From NCBI GenBank assembly GCA_000004985.1, contig GG738892.1: a stretch of DNA of 64,000 nt. One strand, written 5' to 3'. The stretch's first letter is position 1, and every line of letters starts with the position of its first letter. A model generated the notes under the pieces. It was not told the DNA's origin. It worked only from the letters and a program-made list of their open reading frames with translations, and searched no databases. This stretch comes from Naegleria gruberi. Its lineage: Eukaryota. Made by a program: the position numbers and the translations under genes. This document shows positions 47,625 to 59,684 of the stretch, piece by piece.

Positions 47625-48640
47625 TTCTGGCATAGTTCAGAGCTCTGATTGCAGGAATAGTTGTCAAAATTATTACTTGACTCATGGCATAAAAGGAAAG
47701 AATTACTGGAATAGGAATAATATAATCCACCAATTGATTCAAAATGTCAATGCGAGGAAGTGCAAAACTGAGTATGACACAAATTAACATTAAGGTTGTC
47801 GTAACTGATGCTTCCAATTTGATTCCCCAAGTGTCCTTTTCCCTAATAATTACCAATATTAAACAACAAAGAGTAATAATTCCATAAAGGCAATAGAATG
47901 CAATGTACAGAGGAACTGTATTTGGTTTGGTTAAACAACCAGTTCCGAATTGTTTCCATCCGAAACTTGGATAATTATGAGTAAAAGACTCTGGACCCAA
48001 AACCTCAATCATTCCAAGCACCAACCAAATAATTGAATGAAGAGAGAATAAACCAATTTGAACGATCAACAAGAACTTATTACTTAGAAGAAACTTGTAC
48101 ATAATCAAGAGTTTCTTCTGATAGTTACTAAATTGCACTTTCAATGATTGAGAACTGTCATCTTTTTCTTGAGAGATGATATCATTCACAACTTTCTGAA
48201 CTTGTGACCTGTTATTAGAAACATCACCAACTGCTTCTGGAAAACTTGATTTCATAGTTAATAATTGAAATAATCGACCTCGTATCACAAATGAAAAGCA
48301 AGCATACCTTAAAATTATTATTTCTAAAAAAGGGAACGAGAAAAACTACATACATGGCTGGAAGTGGCATAGCCCAACACAAATTGAACGCCACAAATGA
48401 AAATAATCCACAAGGAAAGATATCGCGTCCTATAATCCATCTTAGACACGGTATTAAAACATGTACAGTCCCAGCCATAATATTCGACAAAATCCAAAGC
48501 ATTCCTCTCGAATGAATATGTCCACTCTTTCGTTTCAGAAAGACAACAATCAAAGTAAAGCATAATATTGGAAGAAAGAAAAGCAACATAATAGAAGAAA
48601 ATATAGGAACAATAATGGTATCTGGACATGCTAACATCAT
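47625..48640 (-). CDS. Multi-pass membrane protein with at least 7 predicted TM helices. The C-terminus is lost in the gap. There is one small intron near 48240-48300.
   Basis: Successive hydrophobic segments: IIVPIFSSIMLLFFLPILCFTLIVVFL, MLWILSNIMAGTVHVLIPCL, FLLIVQIGLFSLHSIIWLVLGMI, VPLYIAFYCLYGIITLCCLILVII and others. No family assigned. Confidence 0.4.
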
Positions 48641-49156
48641 CTTGTCTGCTGACGACGACGATAATGAGTTATTGAGCAGTAGAAGAGTATTGACACCTCT
48701 AAAGGGTATCCCTAATTCAAATAATAGAGGATTACAGGGTAAAGAAGATGTATTCATCTGTTTTTTTCAATATAAAACTGTATCTCTCTACCGTGTTGAA
48801 GACAGATGACTCATTTCATTTTATGGCCAATTAACAACTTGTCAAGGCAATATCAAGAATAGAGATATCCCATTTCTGAATAGGAAACCATAATAACAAA
48901 ACTAGTATTCTTTCATCCGAGCGATGATGATTACAAGTGTGTTTGATGATGAGACTATTTTTTTTTGTATTTAATAAACAAATTCCTTACTAATTTGTAT
49001 TGTGAGGGCTGCTGACATTTTCCGTTGTGAACTTTGTAGGATCGCATTGCTTAGTTGTACAGCACTGGGTGGTTTTTGTCTGGTCGTAATGTTTCTATTT
49101 GGATTGGAGTGTTTTTTGGAGAGACTTATCCGTAAGTTGTTGTTCATTGATGATTA

Positions 49157-49798
49157 TTGATGACATCTTTAATTAGTGAAATTCGTGTAAAGGAGACTTT
49201 TCTTGAAACTAATTGTACGGTCACTAATAGGAATATCAATTCCTTTAAATGTTGTCAGAAAACATGCTCATACTGCTCGGAATGCAAAGGCAAAAATCCC
49301 AGCTGTCTGGAATCATATGTTTCCATCAATTCTTCAATGGATTGTTGTGATGGATATTCATGTTGTGGAAATTGTTGTGATACATGTGAATCATGTGACA
49401 GTGATGGGAAGTGCACCTCTTACTCATGTAATTGTGTGTGTTGTACAGAAGCCATTGATGAATTATGCACTTTGAGTTGCAGTGAATGTTGGTCTCCCAA
49501 TGTCACAATGCATTACTTGACAGTTGGGGGCTATGTTTCATCAATAATGAAAACGGAATGTAAAACAAATTTTGATTGTGTGGATCAGTATTTTGAAAAG
49601 TGGCAACAGAATGAAACCTATCTTTGTTATTACAATCCATATGATACCAAAGAATTTTCAACAACCAAGGAATATACGCCTTACAAATTTGGAATAATGT
49701 ACACATTTGCTGGCCTTAGTATTGCTTCAATTATTGGTTTAGTAATTTGTTGTGGTCTACTTGCAAGACCATTGTGGTCCAAACTATTAAATAGATAA
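49157..49798 (+). CDS. Cysteine-rich protein with a single C-terminal transmembrane helix, i.e. tail-anchored-like topology.
   Basis: The protein is 213 aa and has about 40 Cys (..CCDGYSCCGNCCDTCESCDSDGKCTSYSCNCVCC..). There is no N-terminal signal peptide. The hydrophobic stretch IMYTFAGLSIASIIGLVICCGLL lies about 12 residues from the C-terminus. Confidence 0.5.
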   Translation: MMTSLISEIRVKETFLETNCTVTNRNINSFKCCQKTCSYCSECKGKNPSCLESYVSINSSMDCCDGYSCCGNCCDTCESCDSDGKCTSYSCNCVCCTEAIDELCTLSCSECWSPNVTMHYLTVGGYVSSIMKTECKTNFDCVDQYFEKWQQNETYLCYYNPYDTKEFSTTKEYTPYKFGIMYTFAGLSIASIIGLVICCGLLARPLWSKLLNR

Positions 49799-49803
49799 TC
49801 TAT

Positions 49804-50868
49804 TTATTTAAGATCTTCTCGTTTATAAGCTAATGGTGTTGGATTGAGGAGCATTTCCTTAAAATCATTGAGAGCTTCAACACCTCTGACTTCCTTTCCA
49901 AGAAGAGGCATTTGAATAATGTGGAAATCTTCGTAAAGTTCGAAAACTTGCTTCAAATATTTGGATTGAATGGCCTTTCTGGCTTGACACATTTCACATG
50001 GTTCCTTTACAGTATCCTTGAGTACAAGTTGGTTGACAACAATATTATGTGAGTCAATATTAGAATTTGTCAATTCTTGGACAAGTCTTTCAGTTTCATA
50101 GACAGACAAAAATTCTGGAATGCAAACACAGATAAAGGTTGTCTTGGTTGAATCTTGGAATTGTTGAGTAATTTGATCAACACTATCATAGAATTTGTGT
50201 AATTGTTCTTCAGCAATTTGAGGAGTAGCACCACTAGATCCAAAAACTGAACCAAATTGAGTTATCATTTTACCAATATTTGATCCTAAAATATTTCCGA
50301 GAGTACTCTTCAAAACATTTGGTAAAGAGAGCAATCTGAGAGTGTGACCAGTTGGAGCAGTATCAAAAACAACTACATCAAAGTTACTATTTCTAACTTG
50401 CTTTAAAATGTGTACAAAACTTTCAACTTCATCAAGACCTGGCATGTTACTAGAAACATTCTTCATTAAATTCTTGAAAATACCAGATTCTTCAGAGTTT
50501 TCATCTTCCTCACCAAATAATCCAGAAAGAGCACTCTTAGAATCACTTGGATCAATTTCAACACAATATAAATTATCAAATCCATTAACAAGTGTTGGAT
50601 CCTTGCTAAACTTTTGAGCAAAAGCATCAGATAAATTGTGAGCAGGATCTGTACTAATCAACAAGACATTCTTTCTAACTTTTGCCAAGTGCATAGCAAT
50701 CGAACTACTAATTGTTGTTTTTCCGACACCTCCTTTTCCTCCTACAAAAATCCATTGCAATGACTTTTGATCGAGAATGTTTTGAATTGTTGGTTCGAGT
50801 ACCAAATCTTCTCCATCAAATTCCTCATCACTCATAACCAAATCATCAGCATCGTGGTGTGATAACAT
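49804..50868 (-). CDS. GET3: GET3/ArsA-family ATPase (TRC40), which inserts tail-anchored proteins into the membrane.
   Basis: ..LQWIFVGGKGGVGKTTISSSIAMHLAK..LLISTDPAHNLSDAFAQKF.. contains the P-loop and the switch and 'TDPAHN' blocks. The CEMCQ in the protein is the conserved CxxC zinc motif. The protein is 354 aa. Confidence 0.85.
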   Translation of the reverse strand: MLSHHDADDLVMSDEEFDGEDLVLEPTIQNILDQKSLQWIFVGGKGGVGKTTISSSIAMHLAKVRKNVLLISTDPAHNLSDAFAQKFSKDPTLVNGFDNLYCVEIDPSDSKSALSGLFGEEDENSEESGIFKNLMKNVSSNMPGLDEVESFVHILKQVRNSNFDVVVFDTAPTGHTLRLLSLPNVLKSTLGNILGSNIGKMITQFGSVFGSSGATPQIAEEQLHKFYDSVDQITQQFQDSTKTTFICVCIPEFLSVYETERLVQELTNSNIDSHNIVVNQLVLKDTVKEPCEMCQARKAIQSKYLKQVFELYEDFHIIQMPLLGKEVRGVEALNDFKEMLLNPTPLAYKREDLK

Positions 50869-51232
50869 TTTTAAAAATTTTTGATTTTCCGTTTTTAAAA
50901 GTTTTTAAATTTTTTTATTATCGGTTCATTCCGAAAGATGATTCAACACCAATTATTATATCATCAAATCTTAAATATTTAATGTATTAATAATAGAATC
51001 TGTCTTTCGTTGAACTTGAAACGTGTTAGTGTTATGTTTTATTCTCCATCACTATGGTAAATTAAAAAGTCAAAAAATTAAAAAGTACATCAATACTCGG
51101 AGTGGAATGCATTGTTGAGCACTGGTTGGATAAAATTGTCATCTTTAATAACCAACCGATTATGCATAATAATTCTCTCTCATCGCATTATAAAAAGCAA
51201 ATATATAGTATTACTAATAATAATAACCATCA

Positions 51233-53718
51233 TGCCATCATCAAGCTTCTTAATTCCTTCATCTCCAATTCCCTCAGCACTAACGACAACCACAGCAGCA
51301 ACAGTTTCATCATCAGCTGCAACAACAGCATCAATGGTGAGATTTGGAACTGCCAATGTTTATAAAGAAACCCCACCATACTCTCCACAATCACCAATGA
51401 TTGCCCTCCGAAGGCAATCCCTCCTCTTATCGGCCACTCAATTCCCTTCAACATCATCACAACAAATTAAATCTCGTTGGATGCTTGTTAGAGTATTGGA
51501 TGGTATAATTTATATAGTCTCTGAATATACTAAAACATTAATTAGAGAATTGATACTACTCCTTGGATATTTCCTCGATTTGATAGTAAGCCTTGTATTG
51601 TACGTGTTTCATATTCCTGGGAGTTATGATGAAACATCGTTGGCCCATCAGAAAGGACTTGTAGTACGTTCTGCTTCATCTGCCTCACTTATTCATCTTT
51701 CCGAAGAATTTAGAAAGGAAAGAACAAGAAGTAGAAGTAATTCAACCAAATCAAACAGTGGTGGATCCACCTATGAATATAATTCAAGTGAGGAAGAAAT
51801 GGAGAAGAAAATTTCATCAACTTCCTCTACTGGAACACTTTCTCCCATTAGAGAATTATCACCTACCACTACTGATGAAGATCATAATATTCAATTGGAT
51901 AATCAACAATTGGAAGATGATGTTCCTCCACCAATTACTACTAGTTTATTTTCTTCATCAACTTCCTCACATACCATGATTGGAAAAAACTCATTTAAGA
52001 AGATTTTGGAATCAACACTCAAAATGAAAAAAGCAAATAATACAAATCAAGTGGTGGTTGATTCTCCAACAACTATGACTACTTCAACTATTGAACCAGT
52101 TTCATTTGAAGAGGCACAGAAAGAACCTATTGCAGACGATGTGAGTGTTGCCAGTACAGCTGATTCTGAATGGAATGATTATGAAAATTTGGATGCAAAC
52201 TTTGATTATGACTTTGAAGATGATGTTAGAGATGATATCAAATTAATTTATGAGGAAAAGAAGTGGACATCCAGAGTGTTAAATTTCATTGGAGAAACCT
52301 TCTTGTGGTTTGTCATGCTGATAATTTATCTTCCAACTCTCTTCAAAACACCAATTACATCTAAAAAGACACCTATTGAGGCTGATAAGGTTCATCTCTA
52401 CGAGAAGAAATCTACTGGTCTATTGGAAGATTTTTACTATGCTGTTTTTGAGTGTATTGATTTACTTGCCAAGGCAAGTAGATTGTTCATTCGTCTCAAA
52501 CTTAGGGAATGTTTCAAAACCATCAAGGAATGCTTTGGATTATTCAAACTCTCTAACTTTTTATCCACAAGGGGTATTGATGACAGATCGATCAGTCAGG
52601 TCATTATTGACAATGGCTTCAAATCAAAGACCTACGTATGCTCCACTGAGGATGGATACAAAGTTCAACTCAACAGAATTCCAAATACTACAAGCAAAAC
52701 AGCAGTATATTTCCAACATGGTATTTTAGATAGTGGATTTACATGGATTGGCAGTAATCCAAATGTAGGACTTACTTGCGCCTCCAATGGATATGATGTC
52801 TTTCTTGGAAATTTCAGAGGATATGGTCTTGCTCGTTGCCATGGTAAACACCTGAATGAAAACATCAGTGCACGAGAATATTGGGATTTCAGTATCAATG
52901 AACATGCATTTTATGATGTTAAGGCATTCGTGAAAAAGATTAGAGAAATCAAACAAAAGGAGCTTGGAAATAACGATTTCAAATTAGTGGTGGTTGCCCA
53001 TTCGATGGGAGCAGGTAGTATTCTTGCCTACATGTCATGGTGTAAAGCACACAATGAAGAACATTATATTGACAAAGCAATTCTATTGTCTCCAGCAGGA
53101 AATCACCAAGAGATGCCAACACTTTTTGAATATGCTTCTATGGCAATTCCTATCGTTAGAAGGCTACCATTTTGGAATTATTTTGGATTTACTTCCAAGA
53201 CCGTTAAAATACTGGTTGCCAAACTCCTTCAAGATATTAACAATCATAAGGCTACTAGAAGTTTACTCTCTGCAGTAGTTTCATCTCTTATCCTTGGTGG
53301 AAGAACAAAGAATAATCCATTCCAATATGTTCACAATCTATTCTACCACACTTTTAATGCAACTTCTGTAAAGGTGGTTGAACATTTAATTCAACTCCAA
53401 AAGAGTGGTAAATTCTTAGCATATAATTATGGTCCAACAATGAATAAGCAATACTATGGAACTGAGAAACCTTATGACTTTTTTGATGCATATGACAAGT
53501 TGAATATTCCAATTTACATAGTTTATGCAGATGATGATAAGGTAATTCCAAAACAATGTATCGTTCGCCACTATAAGGAATTGAGAAAGTATCACTCCAA
53601 TACTTGTTTTGCCAAGAAATTCAAAGATATGGGGCACCTCGAACTCACACTCAGTAGTAATGATAGAGTTATTCAATATGTTCTTAAAGTGTTGGGACAG
53701 AATGAGGAAGTCAATTAA
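51233..53718 (+). CDS. Lipase of the lysosomal-acid-lipase / sterol-esterase family (Tgl1/Yeh1/LIPA-like), with a long low-complexity N-terminal region that has TM segments.
   Basis: The C-terminal 400 aa carry ..AVYFQHGILDSGFTWI.. (an Abhydro_lipase N-terminal block) and ..VVAHSMGAGS.. (the GxSxG nucleophile elbow). The ORF is open from 51112, but the first plausible ATG is 51233. Confidence 0.7.
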
Positions 53719-53730
53719 TTTTCTTTCATT

Positions 53731-55029
53731 CTACACATTCAAGATTGAAACGTCTGTGTATGGAATATTGTTAGATTTCTCAAAGAATGGCATACAATTA
53801 TCAATGAAGAAAGTCCTGTTTGAAAAGTAAACTACCTTCAACACCTTACCCAGCCCTACTAGTAACCGCTTTCTAAAAGTCAAAACCAAACACTGCCCTA
53901 AGGTTGGCTCTTTTTCAAATGGTTTTGTATAAAAATATTGAGAATAAGAATCAAACTTTCTCTTTTGGTTTTTGGAAATTAGTTCTGGTTCATGAGGGCT
54001 TAATCTTAACACTACCTTCTTGGAGCTTTCCTCAACAAAATCAAGAATCTGACATTTAACTTTCTTCAGGCCACACCTCACAATTATCGTTGGATTTTTA
54101 CAAAATGCATGCCACAATTCATTATTTTCAATGTCCAGCTCAATCCAGAAAGTCTCCACCTTGGCACATCTTGTTTCTTCTAAAGGTAGGCTCATCATTC
54201 TTTGATTGAAATAATCTCCAAAAAGACCACCAATAAAACCATCCGATGTAGAGAAATCCTCTCTCCCCAGGCAAAAAAATTGACCAGGTCCAATTTTTCT
54301 ATCCGAATAGTGATCTCCCCCAATCCATATCTTATTCAAAATTATTTTTTCATAACTGCTCCTTTCAAATACTGAAATAGTTTTCCAATCATAATTTAGT
54401 TCAAATACTCCACTCAGTACTTTACAATATATAAAACTATGTGCTGCAACAGCAACCAACATTGAGGTTTGAGGATCCTGTCTCAAGGCCTGAAACCTTG
54501 ATTTTGGTGTTAAATCTTCAATCCACTCATTGATGGTTCCTCCTTCAAACCATGAAAATTCTTGAAAGTCATTACCCTGCAAATAACTCCAAACTCTCAT
54601 TGGAATAAATGTAACATTGAGGTCTCTATCCAAATCCTCACATTCCAATTCCTTTCTTATCTTTTCTACATCCCTTTCAAATTCAAACTTGGTAACATTT
54701 TCTGTCTGATAATCCACTAGAATGGCCACCTTTCTAATAGATGAATTAATCAACACTCTCACTAAATCTTTATACGATTTTTGCCATCTTTCCATACCAA
54801 TTCTATACGAAATAATAGCATAATCAGACAAACAAACCACTCGGAACATATTCTTGATCGAAGCCTCATAACCAACATCCACAAACTGAAAAGGATAACT
54901 CCTATAAATTGATATTCTCCTATAGTTTCTATCAGAATAATTATGAGCTAATTTTTTACCTATTGAATACGGATACACCACTCCAAAGATACCAACTGAA
55001 ACAAATTCCTTCTCTTGTTCTTTAGACAT
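53731..55029 (-). CDS. Hypothetical 432-aa protein.
   Basis: An ORF with coding-like composition. It contains ..IWIGGDHYSDRKIGPG... No confident family. Confidence 0.35.
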   Translation of the reverse strand: MSKEQEKEFVSVGIFGVVYPYSIGKKLAHNYSDRNYRRISIYRSYPFQFVDVGYEASIKNMFRVVCLSDYAIISYRIGMERWQKSYKDLVRVLINSSIRKVAILVDYQTENVTKFEFERDVEKIRKELECEDLDRDLNVTFIPMRVWSYLQGNDFQEFSWFEGGTINEWIEDLTPKSRFQALRQDPQTSMLVAVAAHSFIYCKVLSGVFELNYDWKTISVFERSSYEKIILNKIWIGGDHYSDRKIGPGQFFCLGREDFSTSDGFIGGLFGDYFNQRMMSLPLEETRCAKVETFWIELDIENNELWHAFCKNPTIIVRCGLKKVKCQILDFVEESSKKVVLRLSPHEPELISKNQKRKFDSYSQYFYTKPFEKEPTLGQCLVLTFRKRLLVGLGKVLKVVYFSNRTFFIDNCMPFFEKSNNIPYTDVSILNV

Positions 55030-55092
55030 TTTTTTAGGTTGACTTAAAATCAGGATGAACTTTAATTACAAAAATAAACAACAGAAAAAAAA

Positions 55093-55593
55093 ATGTCTCA
55101 ACAAGAAGAATCACACTCTACCACCACAGCCACCACAGCTCACGCCACTATTGATCTCTTCTCGGTACCAAGAATCGGAGTTGCTTGCTTTATTGTTAAA
55201 AATATTAATGGATCGGAACATGTTTTAATTGGTCAGCGAAAGGGTTCTCATGGAAAGGGTTCTTATCAATTGCCTGGAGGTCATTTGGATTATGGAGAAA
55301 CATGGGAAGTTTGCGCGGAGAGAGAAATCAAGGAAGAAACCAACTTGGATGTTTGCAATTTAACCTTTATTACTTGTACTAATGATGTTTTTGAGGTTGA
55401 GAAGAGACATTATAATACAATTTTCATGAGAGCCTATTTGAAGGATGAAAATCAAGAGGCTGAATTGTTGGAGCCTAATAAGTGTGAAGGTTGGCAATGG
55501 GTTTCAATTCATGATTTGAAGAATTTCTCACCACTTTTCCTTCCATTAGATAATTTCCTCAAACTCTATCCACCTCAAAAGATTGTTCAATAA
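55093..55593 (+). CDS. Nudix hydrolase.
   Basis: The Nudix box LPGGHLDYGETWEVCAEREIKEETNL matches Gx5Ex7REUxEExGU. Confidence 0.78.
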   Translation: MSQQEESHSTTTATTAHATIDLFSVPRIGVACFIVKNINGSEHVLIGQRKGSHGKGSYQLPGGHLDYGETWEVCAEREIKEETNLDVCNLTFITCTNDVFEVEKRHYNTIFMRAYLKDENQEAELLEPNKCEGWQWVSIHDLKNFSPLFLPLDNFLKLYPPQKIVQ

Positions 55594-56082
55594 GAAAATT
55601 TCCAAATATCAAATTGTTAATTTTAAATATTTATCTTAATATTAGATGAACCTTTTGAGTACTTTAATTTGACGAAATAATGTATTAGATATATGAACAT
55701 GATAAGAGTTCCTAATTCCAAATGTATTAATACATCATTAATAGTGGTGAATCGTCTTATTGATTTACATTTATCGCAGTTCACCATTTTGTAAATCATT
55801 ACAATAAGGATTAGTTACAATAGTGCACTTTGCGTAATAATTGGACAAAGAATCCACGACAATGATGGCAGTTATTCATCTTTTCACTGCTTAATTGAAT
55901 CCTGTGCGCATTATTTTGCACTGACAATCATCAATCACCACACGAAGAGTTTAATTTCACGTTTTTGTGTAACTACCATCATTTTCATCTTTAAAAAAAA
56001 CAAGAACACCATTGAACAACATCTACTCTCTCACTAATTCTTAAAAAACAAATTGAAACCTTTCTAATATTTTATAAGAAGA

Positions 56083-56559
56083 ATGAATACAAGTCCAACA
56101 ACATCGTCACCATTTCGTCAAAAAAGCAAAACAATGGGATATAAATCCTCACCAACAGTAGCACATCAATTAGAATTGGCACTCCAAGATGAAGAAGAAC
56201 ATCGCATGCAACAACATTTAGAACATGCCTACAATCGTTCAAATTCCACTACTAAAACTAGTACTACTGCCACTAATCGTTCTCATTCCACTCTCAGGAA
56301 ACAATATTTTAGACATTGTAGAACTGATAGTGAGAATGAGAGGGAGAATTCCAAGAGAATGAGTAAAACACTGCAAGCTAATGATGAAAGAAACTGGAAG
56401 AAACATCAATCGTTAAAGATGGATCCTTTGGATAGGATTGGTTATTCTGCTTCTATGATGGATTCTTCTTGTGGAAGTCAATCAACAACTAACCGAAATA
56501 TTTTCAGCAAGTTTATTTCAAAACTCTCAAAGAAGAAGAGTTCGAATAATTTATTCTAA
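56083..56559 (+). CDS. Hypothetical Ser/Thr-rich basic protein.
   Basis: A 158-aa ORF. No domain recognised. Confidence 0.3.
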   Translation: MNTSPTTSSPFRQKSKTMGYKSSPTVAHQLELALQDEEEHRMQQHLEHAYNRSNSTTKTSTTATNRSHSTLRKQYFRHCRTDSENERENSKRMSKTLQANDERNWKKHQSLKMDPLDRIGYSASMMDSSCGSQSTTNRNIFSKFISKLSKKKSSNNLF

Positions 56560-56821
56560 ACTCAAGTTTAGATATGGTGGAAAACACCATTTAGCATCAA
56601 AACGAGCATATTTATCGCGAATAATGTACATAACATGTTTCTCCTTCTACAACTTACTAACGACTATTGTTACCAAAAATAACAATAGTTTCTTCTACTT
56701 TCCAATAACAACAAACAACATGGTTTTCTACCAATAGAAATAAACATTTAAAATAGACATTAGATTAATTTTCAAATTTATTGTTGTTATTTAAAGTTAC
56801 AATTAGAATTGTTGAAATAAT

Positions 56822-57712
56822 TTACATGACCAATTTTCTAAACTGGTCGAAACTCAAAGTTTTTGAGCCCTCAAACAAAATACTCAATTCTTCATCAGAG
56901 AATGTTTGTTGAATTCCCAAATTTGAAATAACCTTCTTGAATTCACTCATTGAAACAACACCATCTTCATTAACATCAAGAATCTCAGAAAAGACAGCCC
57001 TCAAATCTTCATCTGTAAATCCATCGTCATCATCAATCTCTGACAGTGGTGAATGTTTATATGCAGAAATAGCCATTGATTGACTTCTACCACGTCCTTT
57101 CATAGGTGATTTTGATTCTCTCTTGTTGGAAGCTGCTGCTGCATCATCTCGACATAATTTAACAAATTCATCAAAAGTTACACCTTCCTTATGAGAATTC
57201 TTAATGAGTGAGAGAAATTCCTTACTCTCTGGACCATTATATACACTTGTTAGGAAATCGTTCATTTCTTCTGGGTTTAGTTTGTCATCGCCATCTTTAT
57301 CGAAAAGTCTGAAAACCATTGAAAGTCTTTCTCTACGTCCCTCTTTCTTTTGTTGATTTGGCGAGTTGACCACCCCTGTTGAAATTGATAATCTTCTAGT
57401 ATTTGAAATGGATTGACCACCACCACTAGCATTAGAAGGTGAACTTGGACTGGTCAACCCAGATGAAAAATCAAGAGGTCCCTTAGAAATTGGAGATGTC
57501 ATTCTATTAGAACTTGGAGTTTTAATCGTTGGAGTTAGATTTTGAGGTGGAATTGGTGAAGATTTTGCTCTTGATCTCGAGGCAACTATATTGTTGAGGG
57601 GAGAATCGATGGATTTTGAGCCTTTTCTGGTTGGTGTAGAAGGGGCATTGTCAATGAAACTAATTCTCTTGGTGGAGTTTTGTGGTGAGGTTGGTGTTGG
57701 ATGGGAGCTCAT
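56822..57712 (-). CDS. EF-hand calcium-binding protein with a disordered Ser/Pro-rich N-terminus.
   Basis: There are two canonical 12-residue EF loops: DKDGDDKLNPEE and DVNEDGVVSMSE. Confidence 0.6.
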   Translation of the reverse strand: MSSHPTPTSPQNSTKRISFIDNAPSTPTRKGSKSIDSPLNNIVASRSRAKSSPIPPQNLTPTIKTPSSNRMTSPISKGPLDFSSGLTSPSSPSNASGGGQSISNTRRLSISTGVVNSPNQQKKEGRRERLSMVFRLFDKDGDDKLNPEEMNDFLTSVYNGPESKEFLSLIKNSHKEGVTFDEFVKLCRDDAAAASNKRESKSPMKGRGRSQSMAISAYKHSPLSEIDDDDGFTDEDLRAVFSEILDVNEDGVVSMSEFKKVISNLGIQQTFSDEELSILFEGSKTLSFDQFRKLVM

Positions 57713-58649
57713 TGTTTCGTAAAAGAGAAATGTTTCGAATAAAAATGTATTCTAAAGAAAGGATTATGATACAAGGATGAAATTAGTGGATATTACTTTC
57801 AGATAATATTGAACATGTAGTTCCTATCAGGTCGAAGTCTTTGGGGTTTCCAATAGTTTTGTAGAGTTCAATATTGTGTTTCTTTTTTCGAATAATTTGA
57901 GAGATGAAGAATGAAGGGTGTAAATTTAAAACATCTTATTGCTCATTGGTATTCTCCCTCTCCATCTGTGCTACTAAAACTCATCACTGCTTGTACCTTG
58001 CTGTCTTGAGCTGTCACTTGTTATCAAGAGATTTACGAAAAATAAGGCTAATGATTCTATTTTGTGTAAACCATCTCCACAATGTTGTTGGGAACGAATG
58101 TATTGCGATATTGAAAATGATTTAACCTTATTGATGAATTTGTTTCGAATCTCTAACAACTTTCGTCAAGTTTCTTGGAAGTGAATAGCCTAATCTCTTA
58201 ACGATGGACTCCTGACGAAGTTGAGAAATTAATTAAATATTTTGAATCATAGAGTTCAGGAGATGAGCTCATAACTAGCTTGTCATTACAAATTTATTTT
58301 TCATTTCAAAAGAAATCACTCCCAAAAATGGAATTCATTTTACAAAATTTTCATTCTTTTTCAAAATTACAAATTTACATTTTACTTTGCAGAATTTATA
58401 TTTTTAGAAATTATTCTTGATTAAATCGTTAGTTTCCCATTTCTAAAACTAAAGTTGTAAAATTTAGGAGGGAAATGATAATTACCTGTATTGGAGTATT
58501 GTTCAAAAAATCTCTTTCTTTTTTTTTCATATATAATATAAATTTTCATTGTAATGGATCTACCTTTTTTAAATACTTTACAACAATTTAAATAATTAAA
58601 TACTTAAGAATTCCAAGCCATTATTAAATTTAAAAAAATCAAAAAAAAA

Positions 58650-59684
58650 ATGCTCAACAGAGTTCCCTTCTCCAATTACTTTGCTGCATCAGATTTTGAA
58701 TCAGAATCATCAGAATCAAATAATTCTCCATCAATTTTTCCCTTCCTTTCCTTACCATCGGAATTAAAAGCAAATATTCTCTCCTTTCTTCCATCGAATG
58801 AAATTATTAATTTCGGAAGCTTATCGAGATCGAGTTATGAATTGGTTGCTCCCTTCCTCTCTGATTCAATTGCTCACTTGTATGAAGATTATGCCGATGA
58901 GTATAGTATTGATATTTGGACTGAATTAATTAATAGAGTGGCAATTACGAGGCGGGAAAAGATTGGTTCCTTGAAAGATTGCAAGAATTTGTTTTTGAAA
59001 TTGTTTTTAGAGCAACGATCGTGTAGAATGTGTAGTAAGACAACACCAAGTTTTCAGAGTTTTTTGAGTAGAAAGATTGTAAAATCATGTTATTGTGATG
59101 GATTTATTTGTAGGAAGCCATGTTGGAATAAGGAAAGATTGGCTGATGAATCAGTGTCGAGATGTTCAAAGTGTGGATATGTGTATCAGTTTTCAAATCC
59201 TGAAAAGATTGGAATGATTCCAAAGGTCTTTTCTAGATATCCAATTTCTTCTCAATTTATATTAACAGCTCTTTCATCAATTTCTTGTATATTATTTGTA
59301 TATTCTTTGGTTTCTTCCTTGGGATATATTATGCCACACAATTCACAGAGTGAGCTTTGGTTGGAATTGGAAAATTTCTGGATTTTCAAATATTTTCCAT
59401 TTTGGAATTATTTCGTAAATGGAATGTCAGTGATTTCATTCATTATTTTTGTATTACTTATCATTGCAAGTATATTTAGTGGAAATGTCAATGTTGGAGC
59501 AAATGATTTGGGAGCAATGGAAGGAATTATTCTCATTATCACAGTTTTAATTGTAGTTGCAACTCCTTTCCTTCTTGGAAGTTATGTTAAAAAGGCAGTT
59601 CTAGAAAAATCAATTTATGGTTGCCCAGTTAAGGCACCAAGAAAACATGATTTGGATCGTGATGATCATCATAGACATCATTAA
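58650..59684 (+). CDS. F-box-like protein with a Cys-rich zinc-finger-like region and C-terminal TM helices.
   Basis: The sequence has LPSELKANILSFLPSNEIINFGSLSRSSYELV, a CRMCSK...CYCDGFICRKPCW...CSKCGY cluster, and two hydrophobic helices. Confidence 0.45.
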   Translation: MLNRVPFSNYFAASDFESESSESNNSPSIFPFLSLPSELKANILSFLPSNEIINFGSLSRSSYELVAPFLSDSIAHLYEDYADEYSIDIWTELINRVAITRREKIGSLKDCKNLFLKLFLEQRSCRMCSKTTPSFQSFLSRKIVKSCYCDGFICRKPCWNKERLADESVSRCSKCGYVYQFSNPEKIGMIPKVFSRYPISSQFILTALSSISCILFVYSLVSSLGYIMPHNSQSELWLELENFWIFKYFPFWNYFVNGMSVISFIIFVLLIIASIFSGNVNVGANDLGAMEGIILIITVLIVVATPFLLGSYVKKAVLEKSIYGCPVKAPRKHDLDRDDHHRHH

